Shown: piece by piece, positions 1 through 9,807 of the stretch
Position numbering within the stretch: the first letter of the stretch is position 1
Layout of the letters: the number at the start of each line of letters is the position of its first letter
From: an uncultured bacterium
GTDB taxonomy: Bacteria > Vulcanimicrobiota > Xenobia > Xenobiales > Xenobiaceae
Length of the DNA stretch: 64,000 bases
Assembly (NCBI GenBank): GCA_934621605.1
Contig: CAKTUZ010000012.1
Coordinates: 12,074-76,073, forward strand
Reading direction: 5' to 3'
The notes under the pieces: generated by a model
Told to the model about the DNA's origin: nothing
The model's database searches: none
Seen by the model: the letters and a program-made list of their open reading frames with translations, nothing else
Program-made: the position numbers and the translations under genes

Positions 1-170
1 ATTATACTTTTGTATTCTAGCGTAATGTGTGAAAGCGCTGATAATGGTGAATTCATTTGGTCATATCCTAGGCTGTGCGATGGTTTGATCGTTGCAAAAT
101 CAGATAGATCGTATCGTAATTTCGTAATTTACATGAGCGCATAACATTTAAATAGGAGCCAATAAAAATA

Positions 171-1673
171 ATGAACAATGATACTGTCAATCTCCTTGCT
201 TCATATGTCGAAGCCTTATATCCCATTATCTATATCAACCACTTTGACTTCAAAGTTATTGATGACATTATTGCTAGTATTGCTGGCGATAGGAAAATTT
301 TTGAATACAATAATGGCTTAGGCTCTGTCGATTTTAAGACTAAATCGGCTATGTCGGCTATGCAAGAATGTGGCTTAACTCAATTCTTGAATGATGTCAA
401 AGACGAGGGCTACGAGCAGAATACGCTCATTGTCCTTAAGGATGTCCACAATCAACTGGACGATTCGGCAGTTATTTCTTTATTGAAATATATTGCCGAG
501 CGCAACTTGTATAACGATGAGTATAGCGCTTCTATTTTCATTGTCTCTAGTAAGCTTCATATTCCCGAAGAATTGGAAGATCTTATTACCGTTTTTGAAA
601 TACCTTTGCCGGACGATTCGGAAATTCGCAATATTATCTTGGAATTTGCTCAAGACTTAGATATTGATATTGCCGAGGACGTCTTAAACGAAATTACTAT
701 TTCCTTTAAAGGCTTAAATGAATTTCAAATTAAACAAATTCTCAATTTAGCCTATCAAGAAGGCGGTTGCTTGGACTTTGACGATAAGCAACTGATTTTC
801 CGCGAGAAAGAGCAATTGGTTAAAAAGGCCGGTTTATTAGAGATGATTTTGGTTCGTGAAGATATCAATGATATTGGCGGACTGGAAAACTTAAAAGATT
901 GGCTGGGCAAGAAAGAGCGTATTTTCAACCAGTTGGACAAGGCTATTAAGTTCGGAGTAGATATTCCCAAAGGCATGATGATTGTAGGTATGCCCGGTTG
1001 CGGTAAGAGTTTGGCCGCTAAAGCTACAGCTAAGCTATTTAAAGTGCCGCTGGTTAGGCTCGATGTGGGACGCTTATTGGGTAAGTATATCGGCGAATCG
1101 GAAGAGAATATGAGGCGAGCTTTGAAGTTAGCTGAAGCTATTAGCCCTTGCGTACTTTGGATCGACGAATTGGAAAAGGCCTTCTCCGGGATTGGCTCTA
1201 CTGGTGGCGGCAGCGACGTCACTACGCGCTTATTTGGTCAGTTCTTAACTTGGATGCAAGAAAAGGAAAATACTGTCTTTATTGTGGCTACTGCTAACGA
1301 TATTTCTCGGATTCCTCCGGAATTTTTGCGCAAAGGCCGCTTCGACGAGCTTTTCTATGTAGATTTCCCCAATAACGAAGAGCGCAAGAAAATTATAGAA
1401 ATTCACCTTAAGAAGCGCGGCAAATGGAATAGGGACTTGGACATTATCTCTGTTGTCAAAGATACCGATGGCTATAGCGGAGCCGATTTGGAAGCTATCG
1501 TTAAAGACGCCGTAGAAAGTTGCTTTGTAGAGGGAAGAAAGCAAATGACTACTGATGATCTTAAGAAAGCTCAGAAAAGTATCAAGTCTATTTCTAGTAC
1601 TCTTTCTACGCGTATTAAGCAAATAAAAGAAGCGGTTAAAGATATGGATCTTAAGCCAGCTTCTAAGAAATAA
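171..1673 (+). CDS. AAA+ ATPase of the classic clade. The N-terminal ~250 aa look like a degenerate AAA-like domain, followed by an active AAA module.
   Basis: Walker A GMPGCGKS and Walker [10 protein letters not shown], with a second region of homology carrying Arg residues ([24 protein letters not shown]). [11 protein letters not shown] linker precedes the AAA module. RBS TAGGAG lies 11 nt upstream of the ATG. Confidence 0.8.
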   Translation: MNNDTVNLLASYVEALYPIIYINHFDFKVIDDIIASIAGDRKIFEYNNGLGSVDFKTKSAMSAMQECGLTQFLNDVKDEGYEQNTLIVLKDVHNQLDDSAVISLLKYIAERNLYNDEYSASIFIVSSKLHIPEELEDLITVFEIPLPDDSEIRNIILEFAQDLDIDIAEDVLNEITISFKGLNEFQIKQILNLAYQEGGCLDFDDKQLIFREKEQLVKKAGLLEMILVREDINDIGGLENLKDWLGKKERIFNQLDKAIKFGVDIPKGMMIVGMPGCGKSLAAKATAKLFKVPLVRLDVGRLLGKYIGESEENMRRALKLAEAISPCVLWIDELEKAFSGIGSTGGGSDVTTRLFGQFLTWMQEKENTVFIVATANDISRIPPEFLRKGRFDELFYVDFPNNEERKKIIEIHLKKRGKWNRDLDIISVVKDTDGYSGADLEAIVKDAVESCFVEGRKQMTTDDLKKAQKSIKSISSTLSTRIKQIKEAVKDMDLKPASKK

Positions 1674-1737
1674 AGTAGCGTGGAATTTAGCTTTGCGTTT
1701 TAGGCTTTGGGTAGCGATAAGGTAGGTAGATAAAAAA

Positions 1738-3564
1738 ATGGAAGACAAACAAGAAGCGGAAGTATTTGATTCTTACTGCGTAGAGAAGATTTGGCCGGAA
1801 GAAAAAGCTAAGCAAGTTTTCCAAATAGAAAAAGCCTTCTTAAAAAGCTACGCTGCCTCTCAAGAGGTGCCTTTAGCCCAATGGTTGGCGCAAGAATTGC
1901 ATAAGCAATTACCGGAAAAGAGCGCTAATGAAGTTGAAGCTATAAGCAACGAAATTATTTCTGCGTTGCAAACTGCTGAAGAGATGAAAGCTTCTCAGCA
2001 AAAAGCTATTGCTATAGGCAGAAGTAAAGAGAGTTGGTTTGCTTCTAAAGTAATGCAAGCTACTGCGGATATGCCAATTTCCAAGAGAGCTGAATATTTG
2101 CAAAGCTTAGAAGAAGCTATTAAAAGCGCCAATGAAGCAACATATAAAGTAATTGCTGCAGAAAATGGCAGCAGTAATTCTGCGTCGGCTTCTGCTACTG
2201 GAGCCAAAACCGAAGCTGCTGAGAAGCGCCAAGAGTCGAATAGCGCTTTAAATATAGGCAAGCAAGCTTGTCATGCTGGGGTACAAACTGCTGCCGCTAC
2301 TGCCGGTAGAGATATTGCCCAAAAGGTTCTTAATGGAGAAGAGATTGACGGCGACGAGGTTGTAAAAAAAGCGGTAGATGCTGGCGTAGGTGAAGCAGTA
2401 AAAGTAGCGGTAGATGGCGCTACCAAGGTAGCTGAAGAGAAAGGCTGGATTTCGCATGAAGCTAAAGCCGAAGCTACTGAAAAGCGGCAGCAAGAATCGG
2501 GTAGGCAAAGCAATTCTGGAAGTTCTGAGGCTAAGCCTAAGATAAAAGAAAATGAATATACGCTGAAAAATACTGCTTTAAGTATAGGTAGACAAGCTTG
2601 TTACGCTGGTGTGCAAAATGCTGCTGTGGCTGTTGGTAGAGATCTTGCCCAAAAGGTTATCAATGGAGAAGAGATTGAAGGCGACGAGGTTGTAAAAAAA
2701 GCGGTCGATGCTGGCGTAGATGAAGGAGTAAAAGTAGCGGTAGCTGGCGCTATAAGGGTAGCTGGAGAGAAAGGCTTGATACCACAGATACAGCAGCTTA
2801 AAGGCGGCAGCGGAAATGTTTGTGCCAATGTAGCTTTTGTGGCTATCGAGAATGTCAAGGTCGCCAAGCAAGTAGCCGACGGAAGGTTGACCGTTCATGA
2901 AGGCTTAGAAGTTATGGCCCAGACAACAGGCGCTTGTGTAGCCGGAATAGCCGTAGCCGCTAAGGGAGGGGCTATAGTAGGTTCAGCATTAGGTTCACTA
3001 GTAGGCCCGGCTGGTACTGCCATAGGCGGATTTGTAGGCAACGCCGCAGGCTATATAGCCGGCTCTACCATTGGCGGTGCAGTAATGCAAGGTGTCAAGG
3101 AACTATATAATACAGCTTGTGATATAGTTAAAGATGTAGCCAGCACAGCGGTAAATTGCATAGGATCTGCGCTAAGTACAGCGGCAAGTTGTGTAGAGAA
3201 TAAAATCGATAACATACTCAGTGGTGGTGGCGGCGGTTGTTACATTACTACCGCTACTTGCCAAGAGTATGGCAAGGGTGACAATTGTTATGAATTGACA
3301 ATGTTCCGTTCCTTCCGTGATATGTGGCTTAGAAAGCAGCCTGACGGTGAGCAATTGATTAAGCACTATTATGCTACAGCTCCGGCTCTTGTTGAGTTAA
3401 TCAATAAACAACCTAACCGCCGCGCTATTTATCGCCATTTAAATGAAGCTTATCTTTCCAAGTGTTTGCGATACATTGAAGATGGCGAAAATATTAAGTG
3501 CAAAGAGCTTTATGTTGACATGGTTGAATTTTTATACGGTGAGCAACAAAGGTGGCAAAAGTAA
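1738..3564 (+). CDS. Large hypothetical protein with a helical N-terminal region, two ~105-aa tandem repeats, a glycine-zipper hydrophobic segment and a Cys-containing C-terminal globular domain (GGGGGCYITTATC...CYEL...).
   Basis: 608-aa ORF starting 64 nt after the AAA ATPase on the same strand. Gly-zipper run GACVAGIAVAAKGGAIVGSALGSLVGPAGTAIGGFVGNAAGYIAGSTIGG. The product is not recognised. Confidence 0.6.
   Translation: MEDKQEAEVFDSYCVEKIWPEEKAKQVFQIEKAFLKSYAASQEVPLAQWLAQELHKQLPEKSANEVEAISNEIISALQTAEEMKASQQKAIAIGRSKESWFASKVMQATADMPISKRAEYLQSLEEAIKSANEATYKVIAAENGSSNSASASATGAKTEAAEKRQESNSALNIGKQACHAGVQTAAATAGRDIAQKVLNGEEIDGDEVVKKAVDAGVGEAVKVAVDGATKVAEEKGWISHEAKAEATEKRQQESGRQSNSGSSEAKPKIKENEYTLKNTALSIGRQACYAGVQNAAVAVGRDLAQKVINGEEIEGDEVVKKAVDAGVDEGVKVAVAGAIRVAGEKGLIPQIQQLKGGSGNVCANVAFVAIENVKVAKQVADGRLTVHEGLEVMAQTTGACVAGIAVAAKGGAIVGSALGSLVGPAGTAIGGFVGNAAGYIAGSTIGGAVMQGVKELYNTACDIVKDVASTAVNCIGSALSTAASCVENKIDNILSGGGGGCYITTATCQEYGKGDNCYELTMFRSFRDMWLRKQPDGEQLIKHYYATAPALVELINKQPNRRAIYRHLNEAYLSKCLRYIEDGENIKCKELYVDMVEFLYGEQQRWQK
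2233..2865 (+). repeat. Tandem in-frame duplication of ~315 bp (two ~105-aa units, ~85-90% nt identity) inside the 1738..3564 CDS.
   Basis: Units begin ESNSALNIGKQACHAGVQTAAATAGRDIAQKVLNGEEIDGDEVVKKAVDAGV and ENEYTLKNTALSIGRQACYAGVQNAAVAVGRDLAQKVINGEEIEGDEVVKKAVDAGV. Nucleotide 2281.. aligns with 2601... Confidence 0.85.
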
Positions 3565-3869
3565 ATTTTTAGCTATTACTGTCATAGACAAGGTCAGAAC
3601 GGTTTAAGGCTTTTGGCTTTTTCCATTCCTTACTGTTTATAGAAAGGCAGCTTTCGCTTTATAGCGTACAGGCTAGACGAAGGCTGCTTTTATTTTTATG
3701 GTATATTAGGGTATAACCATCTAAGCTATTATAGAAATGAAGTTGATCGAGATAATGAAAATGTTTATATACAACTCGGTGAACGGTTTCTTGGTGGTCA
3801 TTATATTTGCCTTACTGCTAGAGGTCCAGTTAGTTATGAAGACTATGTAGGCTTTCATCGCACTTATAT

Positions 3870-4418
3870 ATGCTATGCCGAACTATTAAAAAAAAGTTTT
3901 CCAATTGGCTTAATTCAGTAGAACTACTGCAAAAGTTCTGCGGCGATAGTAAAAATGCTGTCCATAAATTTATAATATTTCACCTAAAATTAGGAGCTGA
4001 TTTCTATAGAGAAAAAATGAATCAGCTCAATCGCTTTCTTTATGATTTGTATGTTTGTATGCGTACTAAGATTGATTGGTATTCATATGATTGCAATAAA
4101 ATTTCTTGCTGTGCCATTGATGATACTATAAATTTCAATTATTGGTTGTGGCAACATGGTATAGAGAAAGTTGAAAAGGGTGAATTTACTATAGGTGAAT
4201 TTTATGCTTGGTATACTAAAAAAATATTGTTATATACAACTAAGCAGTACTATCACCATTCTTTAGATTGTCCATTTTATATGAGAGGTAAATGGAAAAG
4301 AGATAGGCTCAAAGTAATTGAGTTTTTCACATCAAGGGTGCGTCATAAGGAGTTTTTTACTGAGCATTTTGGTGATGTTAGAAAGATGCCTTTGCCAAAC
4401 TATGCAAAGATTAGTTAA
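3870..4418 (+). CDS. Hypothetical protein, Cys/Tyr/Trp-rich, in an AT-rich islet.
   Basis: 182-aa ORF with no recognisable domain. Local GC is lower than the flanks. Confidence 0.35.
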   Translation: MLCRTIKKKFSNWLNSVELLQKFCGDSKNAVHKFIIFHLKLGADFYREKMNQLNRFLYDLYVCMRTKIDWYSYDCNKISCCAIDDTINFNYWLWQHGIEKVEKGEFTIGEFYAWYTKKILLYTTKQYYHHSLDCPFYMRGKWKRDRLKVIEFFTSRVRHKEFFTEHFGDVRKMPLPNYAKIS

Positions 4419-4509
4419 TTAAATTTATATGGAGACGTTTTTGAGATATTTGGCAAAAAGTTTAATGTGTACGTGAAGAGTACTATTTAGAAGAGGAGTT
4501 TAGTATGTT

Positions 4510-4791
4510 GTGAGCAGACGTGAAGAAGATTATTATGCTTCTAGTGGATGTGTGCAAGATATGATGGAATCAATGTTCTCAGCAAAGCATGTAGATGATA
4601 TTGAAACTATCGAAGATAAGATAATTTTCTTTAGCAAGTTAATTGTCGATGAGGATACTTTGAGTGATCTTGCATTCTGGAATAACTTTTTTACTAATCG
4701 CATAAACGAGTTTAAACAACGTTATAAAGAACTAACTGGGAAAGAATATGATGAGAAAAATACAGAGAATTATGCAAAAAATATCAGTTAA
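4510..4791 (+). CDS. Hypothetical small acidic protein.
   Basis: 93-aa ORF in the AT-rich islet. The start is uncertain. Confidence 0.25.
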   Translation: MSRREEDYYASSGCVQDMMESMFSAKHVDDIETIEDKIIFFSKLIVDEDTLSDLAFWNNFFTNRINEFKQRYKELTGKEYDEKNTENYAKNIS

Positions 4792-4827
4792 AATATAACT
4801 AAAAGACAAAAGCTAGGAGCGTAAAAC

Positions 4828-5097
4828 GTGTGTAGTAATTCAGAAGATTATGATCCAGACGGGAAGTTTAATTTGCCTATGACTTTCAAAAAAAACTTTG
4901 GCTGTCTTATCACAGACGACATGGTAAAAGAATTGATAGTAAGCTTGCTTAAGAGAAAATCTATAACACAAGATGAACTTCAAAAGCATGGAATTTTGGA
5001 AAGCTCTATCGAGAAATATGGCCTTGAACACCTTGTTGCCGGTGGATATAAAAAACAGTCTGCAACCAACAATATGCCAGGAGAGAAAAATGTTTGA
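4828..5097 (+). CDS. Hypothetical small protein with a GTG start.
   Basis: 89-aa ORF with AGGAGCG upstream. Its end overlaps the start of the next gene by 8 nt. Confidence 0.25.
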   Translation: MCSNSEDYDPDGKFNLPMTFKKNFGCLITDDMVKELIVSLLKRKSITQDELQKHGILESSIEKYGLEHLVAGGYKKQSATNNMPGEKNV

Positions 5098-6415
5098 AAG
5101 TCAAAATATAGAATGGAAAAGTAAATGGAAAGACGAGTATCTAGAATGGATTTGCGGTTACGCAAATGCGCAAGGTGGTAAAATTTGTATTGGCTGTGAC
5201 GACAACGGAAATGTAGTCGGTCTACCTAATGCTCGTAAGCTTCTGGAGGATATTCCCAACAAAATTCGTGACACTATGGGTATAATCGTTGGTGTCAATT
5301 TATTAAGCGTGGAGGATAAGGAATATATTGAAGTTGATGTTCCGTCTTACCCAATTGGTATCTCCTGCAAAGGCGTGTATTATTATCGCAGTGGTAGCAC
5401 AAGACAAGTATTAACAGGGCCTGCGTTAGAAGCGTTTTTGATGCGTAAACGTGGCGTTACATGGGATAATCTTCCACTGCCAGCTTTTTCAATAAATGAT
5501 ATTGATGATGGAATTGTGGCACGTTTCAAACAATTAGCAATAAGAAAAGGACGTATTGACGAGAGCTTGTTGGATGAATCCAAAGAAACTCTGATGGAAA
5601 AGTTGCATCTGATGAATGGCAATTACTTGACTAATGCAGCGATGTTACTTTTTAGTAAAGACCCAGAAAAATGGCAGCTCGGAGCGTACGTTAAGCTTGG
5701 ATATTTTGAAACGGATGCAGATCTTGTGTACCAAGATGAAATTCACGGTTCTATTCTGGAGCAGATTGATAAAATTGTAGAACTAGTGCATCTTAAATAT
5801 ATGAAAGCAAGGATAACCTATGATGATATGCAGAGGCTCGAGCGTTACTTTGTCCCTGAAGCTGCCTTGCGAGAAGCTCTCTTGAATGCTTTGTGTCATA
5901 AACAATATCAATCTGGCGTTCCCATTCAGATTAGTGTTTATGAAGATAAACTATACATTGCTAATTGTGGTTGCCTACCTGAAAAGTGGACATTAGAAAA
6001 TTTAATGCGCAAGCATGCTTCTGTTCCATACAACCCTAATATCGCTCATGTTTTCTATTTAGCCGGTTTTATTGAAAGTTGGGGACGCGGCATAGAAAAG
6101 ATTTGTTCATCTTGCAAAAAAGACGGCGTTCCACAGCCAGAGTATACTATCAATCCAGGCGATATTATGATTCAGTTTACTGCTCCTGTAGTTCAAACTA
6201 TTCGCCCAAATAGGATGACTGTAAAGGTTAACGATAATGAATATGCTTTGCTTAAACTTATTTCTGAAGATCCTGGCTATACCATGTCTCAGTTGTCGGA
6301 CAAACTTAATATAAGTAGAAAGACAGTTGCACTGCGTATAAAAGGACTTAAGGAAAGGGGCATTATTGAGCGGATCGGTTCAGATCGCAATGGACATTGG
6401 AATGTAAAATTGTAA
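5090..6415 (+). CDS. Schlafen-like ATP-binding protein with AlbA_2-type N-terminal domain, HATPase_c_4-like middle region and C-terminal winged HTH (often annotated as a putative transcriptional regulator or RecG-like DNA-binding protein).
   Basis: MFESQNIEWKSKWKDEYLEWICGYANAQGGKICIGCDDNGNVVGL is typical of AlbA_2, and the C-terminal tail is YTMSQLSDKLNISRKTVALRIKGLKERGIIERIG. RBS GGAGAG lies before the ATG at 5090, in frame with track ORF 4973. Confidence 0.75.
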   Translation: MFESQNIEWKSKWKDEYLEWICGYANAQGGKICIGCDDNGNVVGLPNARKLLEDIPNKIRDTMGIIVGVNLLSVEDKEYIEVDVPSYPIGISCKGVYYYRSGSTRQVLTGPALEAFLMRKRGVTWDNLPLPAFSINDIDDGIVARFKQLAIRKGRIDESLLDESKETLMEKLHLMNGNYLTNAAMLLFSKDPEKWQLGAYVKLGYFETDADLVYQDEIHGSILEQIDKIVELVHLKYMKARITYDDMQRLERYFVPEAALREALLNALCHKQYQSGVPIQISVYEDKLYIANCGCLPEKWTLENLMRKHASVPYNPNIAHVFYLAGFIESWGRGIEKICSSCKKDGVPQPEYTINPGDIMIQFTAPVVQTIRPNRMTVKVNDNEYALLKLISEDPGYTMSQLSDKLNISRKTVALRIKGLKERGIIERIGSDRNGHWNVKL

Positions 6416-6457
6416 AAAAATACTATTTTTGCAATGATTGTAAGGTGACTGATCATA

Positions 6458-6532
6458 GTAAAGGTGACTGTAAAGGTGACTGTAAAGGTGACTGTAAAGG
6501 TGACTGTAAAGGTGACTGTAAATTGTTGGAGG
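6458..6532. repeat. 12-bp minisatellite TAAAGGTGACTG, about 6 perfect tandem copies.
   Basis: Direct reading gives aaggtgactg taaaggtgactg ... Six-frame ORFs MTVKVTVKV (+) and HLYSHLYS (-) are artefacts of the repeat. Confidence 0.9.
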
Positions 6533-6541
6533 TTTCAACGC

Positions 6542-6736
6542 ATGGATAAAGATGATAAACCAGTTTGGGAAGAATTTCCGCCATCTAAATATAATTGTTC
6601 GTTGTCTCGTTATACATTCTATTTGACGACAGATCCAGATTTTTATGATAAATATAGAGATAAAGAAATAGTACTTGCTAAGGCAAAAGAAGCTGTAGAA
6701 TGGGTTTGTCAATTTCCAGAAGTAAGTATGCTTTGA
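6542..6736 (+). CDS. Hypothetical small protein of 64 aa.
   Basis: GGAGG lies 9 nt before the ATG at 6542. Sequence MDKDDKPVWEEFPPSKYNCSLSRYTFYLTTDPDFYDKYRDK. Confidence 0.35.
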   Translation: MDKDDKPVWEEFPPSKYNCSLSRYTFYLTTDPDFYDKYRDKEIVLAKAKEAVEWVCQFPEVSML

Positions 6737-6788
6737 GGAAATGCTTAAATTCCAACAGATATAAAATATACCAAGGAGATAAAAACAA

Positions 6789-7241
6789 ATGAAGATGACA
6801 GTTTCCAGAGCTTTGAAAGAGCGGGCGCGTTTAGCTGGTAAATTAGGGGAAATATTTAAGCTTATAAGAAACGAAAACTCAGTTTTAGCTGGAGCAACTC
6901 GCACTTGTGATATTCGGGAAAAATTTGTTGAATATAAAAGTATTGTCAAGAAAATGACCGCAATTAAGGCAGCCGTTACTAAAGCAAATGCCGATATCGC
7001 TGCCGAATTAGCTGAACTAGCTGAAACAAAATCAATGATAACTCAGCTTAAAAGTATAAACGTTGTAGAAGGCAAACAGCGTGAATCTGGCTACAGCGGA
7101 GCTTCTGAATACGAAATGGAAGCGGCTATCAGTAAAGCAGAGTTATATCGTGAGCTTGAACTATTGCAAGATAGGGCTAATATGTTGCAAGATAAGATTG
7201 ATGAATTCAACGCGAAAACTTCAGTCGAAGTTGAGCTTTGA
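6789..7241 (+). CDS. Hypothetical coiled-coil protein.
   Basis: RBS AAGGAGA 7 nt upstream. 150 aa, helical and charged with heptad-like composition. Confidence 0.45.
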   Translation: MKMTVSRALKERARLAGKLGEIFKLIRNENSVLAGATRTCDIREKFVEYKSIVKKMTAIKAAVTKANADIAAELAELAETKSMITQLKSINVVEGKQRESGYSGASEYEMEAAISKAELYRELELLQDRANMLQDKIDEFNAKTSVEVEL

Positions 7242-7449
7242 ATTAAATCCTGAATGGCAGACTAGTCCGCTTTATGAAACAATGAAAAGCAAACTGGCCT
7301 TAGGGTCTAACCGATAAAGTATAGAGATAGCTGACAAAGATAAACCCACAATGTATTGCACGTTGAAAACTCAATTTTCAGTTATTAAACTTTAAGGTTA
7401 AAAACTTATCTGTTAAAATTTAGTATTGGATTAGTTTGGCTATTTAGGT

Positions 7450-7485
7450 CAAGAGAGCTTCTGCGGAGGCTCTCTTGTTTTTTTT
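7450..7485 (+). terminator. Rho-independent terminator.
   Basis: Perfect 9-bp stem CAAGAGAGC/GCTCTCTTG with a 10-nt loop, followed by TTTTTTTT. Confidence 0.6.
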
Positions 7486-7597
7486 ATGCTTTAGCCGTTA
7501 CTTTTTTGTGATTAACGTATATCCTTAAAGCAAGAGTTTGAGTGGTAAATATAAAATATAGTACGGCTGTATCAAGCAATGGCTTTAATGTTGATAA

Positions 7598-9391
7598 TTA
7601 GGCAATTAGCTTATTTAATGGCAAGTTAAAGTCTGTCTTTAAGCAGTAAAAATAGGGGAAAATAATACCCTCAAAGTAACCAATAGATGCTTTTGTCGGC
7701 CTATTATAAAGAACTTCTCTAGTTTGCTTTTGCAATTCTCCCACAAATTCGGCGTAGCTTTCACTGGCAATAACTGTCAGTACATTAACGTTATGTACAT
7801 TATCTTTTAAGATGTCGGCATCCATGCGAGTTCCTTGCTTATTGACACAAAGACGCAAACCGCGGCCAACTTCTTGGCGTTTTTGCACAGTGCTGTCGCT
7901 GCGTTTTTAAAGTACAAATTTGGAAAATGTTGGGATTATCCCAACCTTCACGCAAAGCTGAATGTGAGAAAATAAAGCGTGTAGGTTCGTCAAAAGAAAG
8001 CAAACGCTCTTTATTTTTTAAGATCAGATCATAAGCGGAGATATCGTCAGAAATATCAGTACCGCGCTTTACAGAACTGTTTATACTGCGGCCTTTTTTA
8101 TCTATACTGAAATAACCTCGATGTACTTTATGAACTTCACTTTGTCTTAAATAATGCAAATACTTTTCATATTTTTTGCCTAAAAAATTGCACAATTCAT
8201 CAATAATTTTAGTGTATTCTTCTTCAAATATTTGGCCATATTCTCCTAAAAGCTCTTGGCCGTTTTCGTCATACTGGCGATACTTAGCCACCTCGTCGAT
8301 AAAGAAAAGTGAAAGCGTTTTGATACCTTTAGCAAAAAGCTTTTTCTCTTTTTCAATATGGGAAAGAATAGTTTCTCTAATTTGTACTCGACGTAAAGTC
8401 TTTTCGGAAGCGTCGCCAACTACTTCGCCTTTGCGCAACTTTTCACCATTGGTAAAAGTTACTATACCAATATAAGGATCAATATCAATAATGGCCAATT
8501 CTTTGTATTGTTCCATATTGTTGGATTCATAGTAGAGATTATCGCCGACTTCTAGAGTGTGGATTTCACGCTTAATGCCGCTTTTGTGAGCTACTTCAAG
8601 TTCTAGCTTAACTTTGGGAGCATGCTTAGCGGAAAGGACGATACTTTGCAAATATAAATACTTATCGGTACCGCGCAAGTTTTTAACTTCGAAGCCTTTA
8701 ACTTCTATTTTATTACCGCCACGTTCAGCTAAGCCTTTTTCTTCACTCATAGAAGTATTAAAAGCTTGAGTATTGATAATCATAACACGTTAATAGCCGA
8801 ACTACTGGAAAAAGAGTCCAAGGCGGTTAGATTGTCGCTATCATAAACAAAGAAGCAAGCCTTTTGGCCGTAGTATTCGTGGAAGTGATCGGCAGTAATT
8901 TCAAACGACTTCTTGACGCCTTCGCGAATAGCAATACTAGGTACTACTACGATAAATTTGCTCCAGCCGTAGCGCTTATTAAGCTCAAACATAGTCTTGA
9001 TATAGACATAAGTTTTGCCAGTACCAGTTTCCATTTCTATATCGAGAGAGCAACGTCCTAAACCGTAAGCGGTTACCAAATTATTGGAAATAGTCAAGTT
9101 GTTTTCCGCTTGCAAAACTTGGATATTATGGAGCAATTGTTCGTTAGTTAAGCGCACAGCCGTATTTTTATAGCCGTTTTCATTAACTGACTCGCGAAAG
9201 TCGATGCGGTTCACATCATCTTCTAGCGTATTGGTAGGCAGCTCAAATTGTTGCTGATGGATATTATCTAGAATAGTACCTAGATCGCGGCGGTATCTAT
9301 CATTTTCGCCTTTAGGCTGGCCTTGAAAAATGCGTACTACAGCTTCGACAGCCTCGGTTTGGTATGGCTGAATCTTAAAATGGAACTTCAT
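7598..9391 (-). pseudogene. res: Type III restriction enzyme Res subunit (SF2 helicase). It is split into three ORFs by two frameshifts and is C-terminally truncated, with no endonuclease domain after motif VI.
   Basis: Track ORFs 8780..9391 ([16 protein letters not shown]...ETGTGKTYV, motif I), 7839..8783 and 7598..7888 (QEVGRGLRLCVNKQG, motif VI) are collinear on the minus strand in different frames. Confidence 0.7.
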
Positions 9392-9394
9392 CTT

Positions 9395-9721
9395 TTAAAG
9401 CACTTTCGTTGTCGTATCGGGACTGTAAGCTTTGAAAATTTGCTCAAAGTTGGTAGCTAAGCTGTCATTGAAAAGAGAACTATCGCGCAAAACAGCATAA
9501 ATAGGCGTTTCTTTGGCAATAGCGGTAACTACCTCTTCAGTAATATTAGGCTCAAAGCAAGCGATTAAATAATTACCGTTAACTTTAAAAACTTTGTGGC
9601 CGGCAATATCGACAGTTTCTATAGGCGAAGAAAGCTCCAAGCTAAGTTCGAGCATAACTTGGAAAAGCAAGTCCTCGGCGCTGCGATCGTCTTTAACGTT
9701 ATCGATTAGCTCATCTCTGTC
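9395..9721 (-). pseudogene. mod: Type III R-M Mod methyltransferase, C-terminal ~109 codons only.
   Basis: Minus-strand frame reads DNVKDDRSAEDLLFQVMLELSLELSSPIE...NFEQIFKAYSPDTTTKVL, matching the conserved C-terminal tail of Mod proteins. The frame is closed by a stop at 9722-9724, so no N-terminal MTase domain remains. Confidence 0.65.
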
Positions 9722-9807
9722 CTAAAAAATTAGCTGCTAACTGGAATACTTATAAAGATAACTACGTTAACAATCCTATTTCCGGCGATCGTCTCAATTA
9801 TGATGTA

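Noticed and set aside
755-1748. Minus-strand ORFs 755..1222 and 1245..1748 inside the AAA ATPase gene.
   Set aside because: They lie antisense within a well-supported CDS and are low-complexity (Ser/Leu/Pro-rich) shadow ORFs with no RBS.
1909-2898. Several 64-106-aa minus-strand ORFs inside the 1738..3564 gene.
   Set aside because: They are antisense to the coding repeat region, and their duplicated appearance mirrors the sense-strand tandem repeat.
6458-6532. Possible CRISPR array.
   Set aside because: Repeats are 12 bp, perfectly contiguous with no spacers, and there are no cas genes. It is a minisatellite.
6380-6949. Minus ORF (189 aa, contains HLYSHLYSHLYS) and plus ORF 6464..6736 N-terminus (MTVKVTVKV...).
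   Set aside because: The repetitive peptides are translations of the 12-bp minisatellite in two frames. Only the portion from the ATG at 6542 has an RBS.
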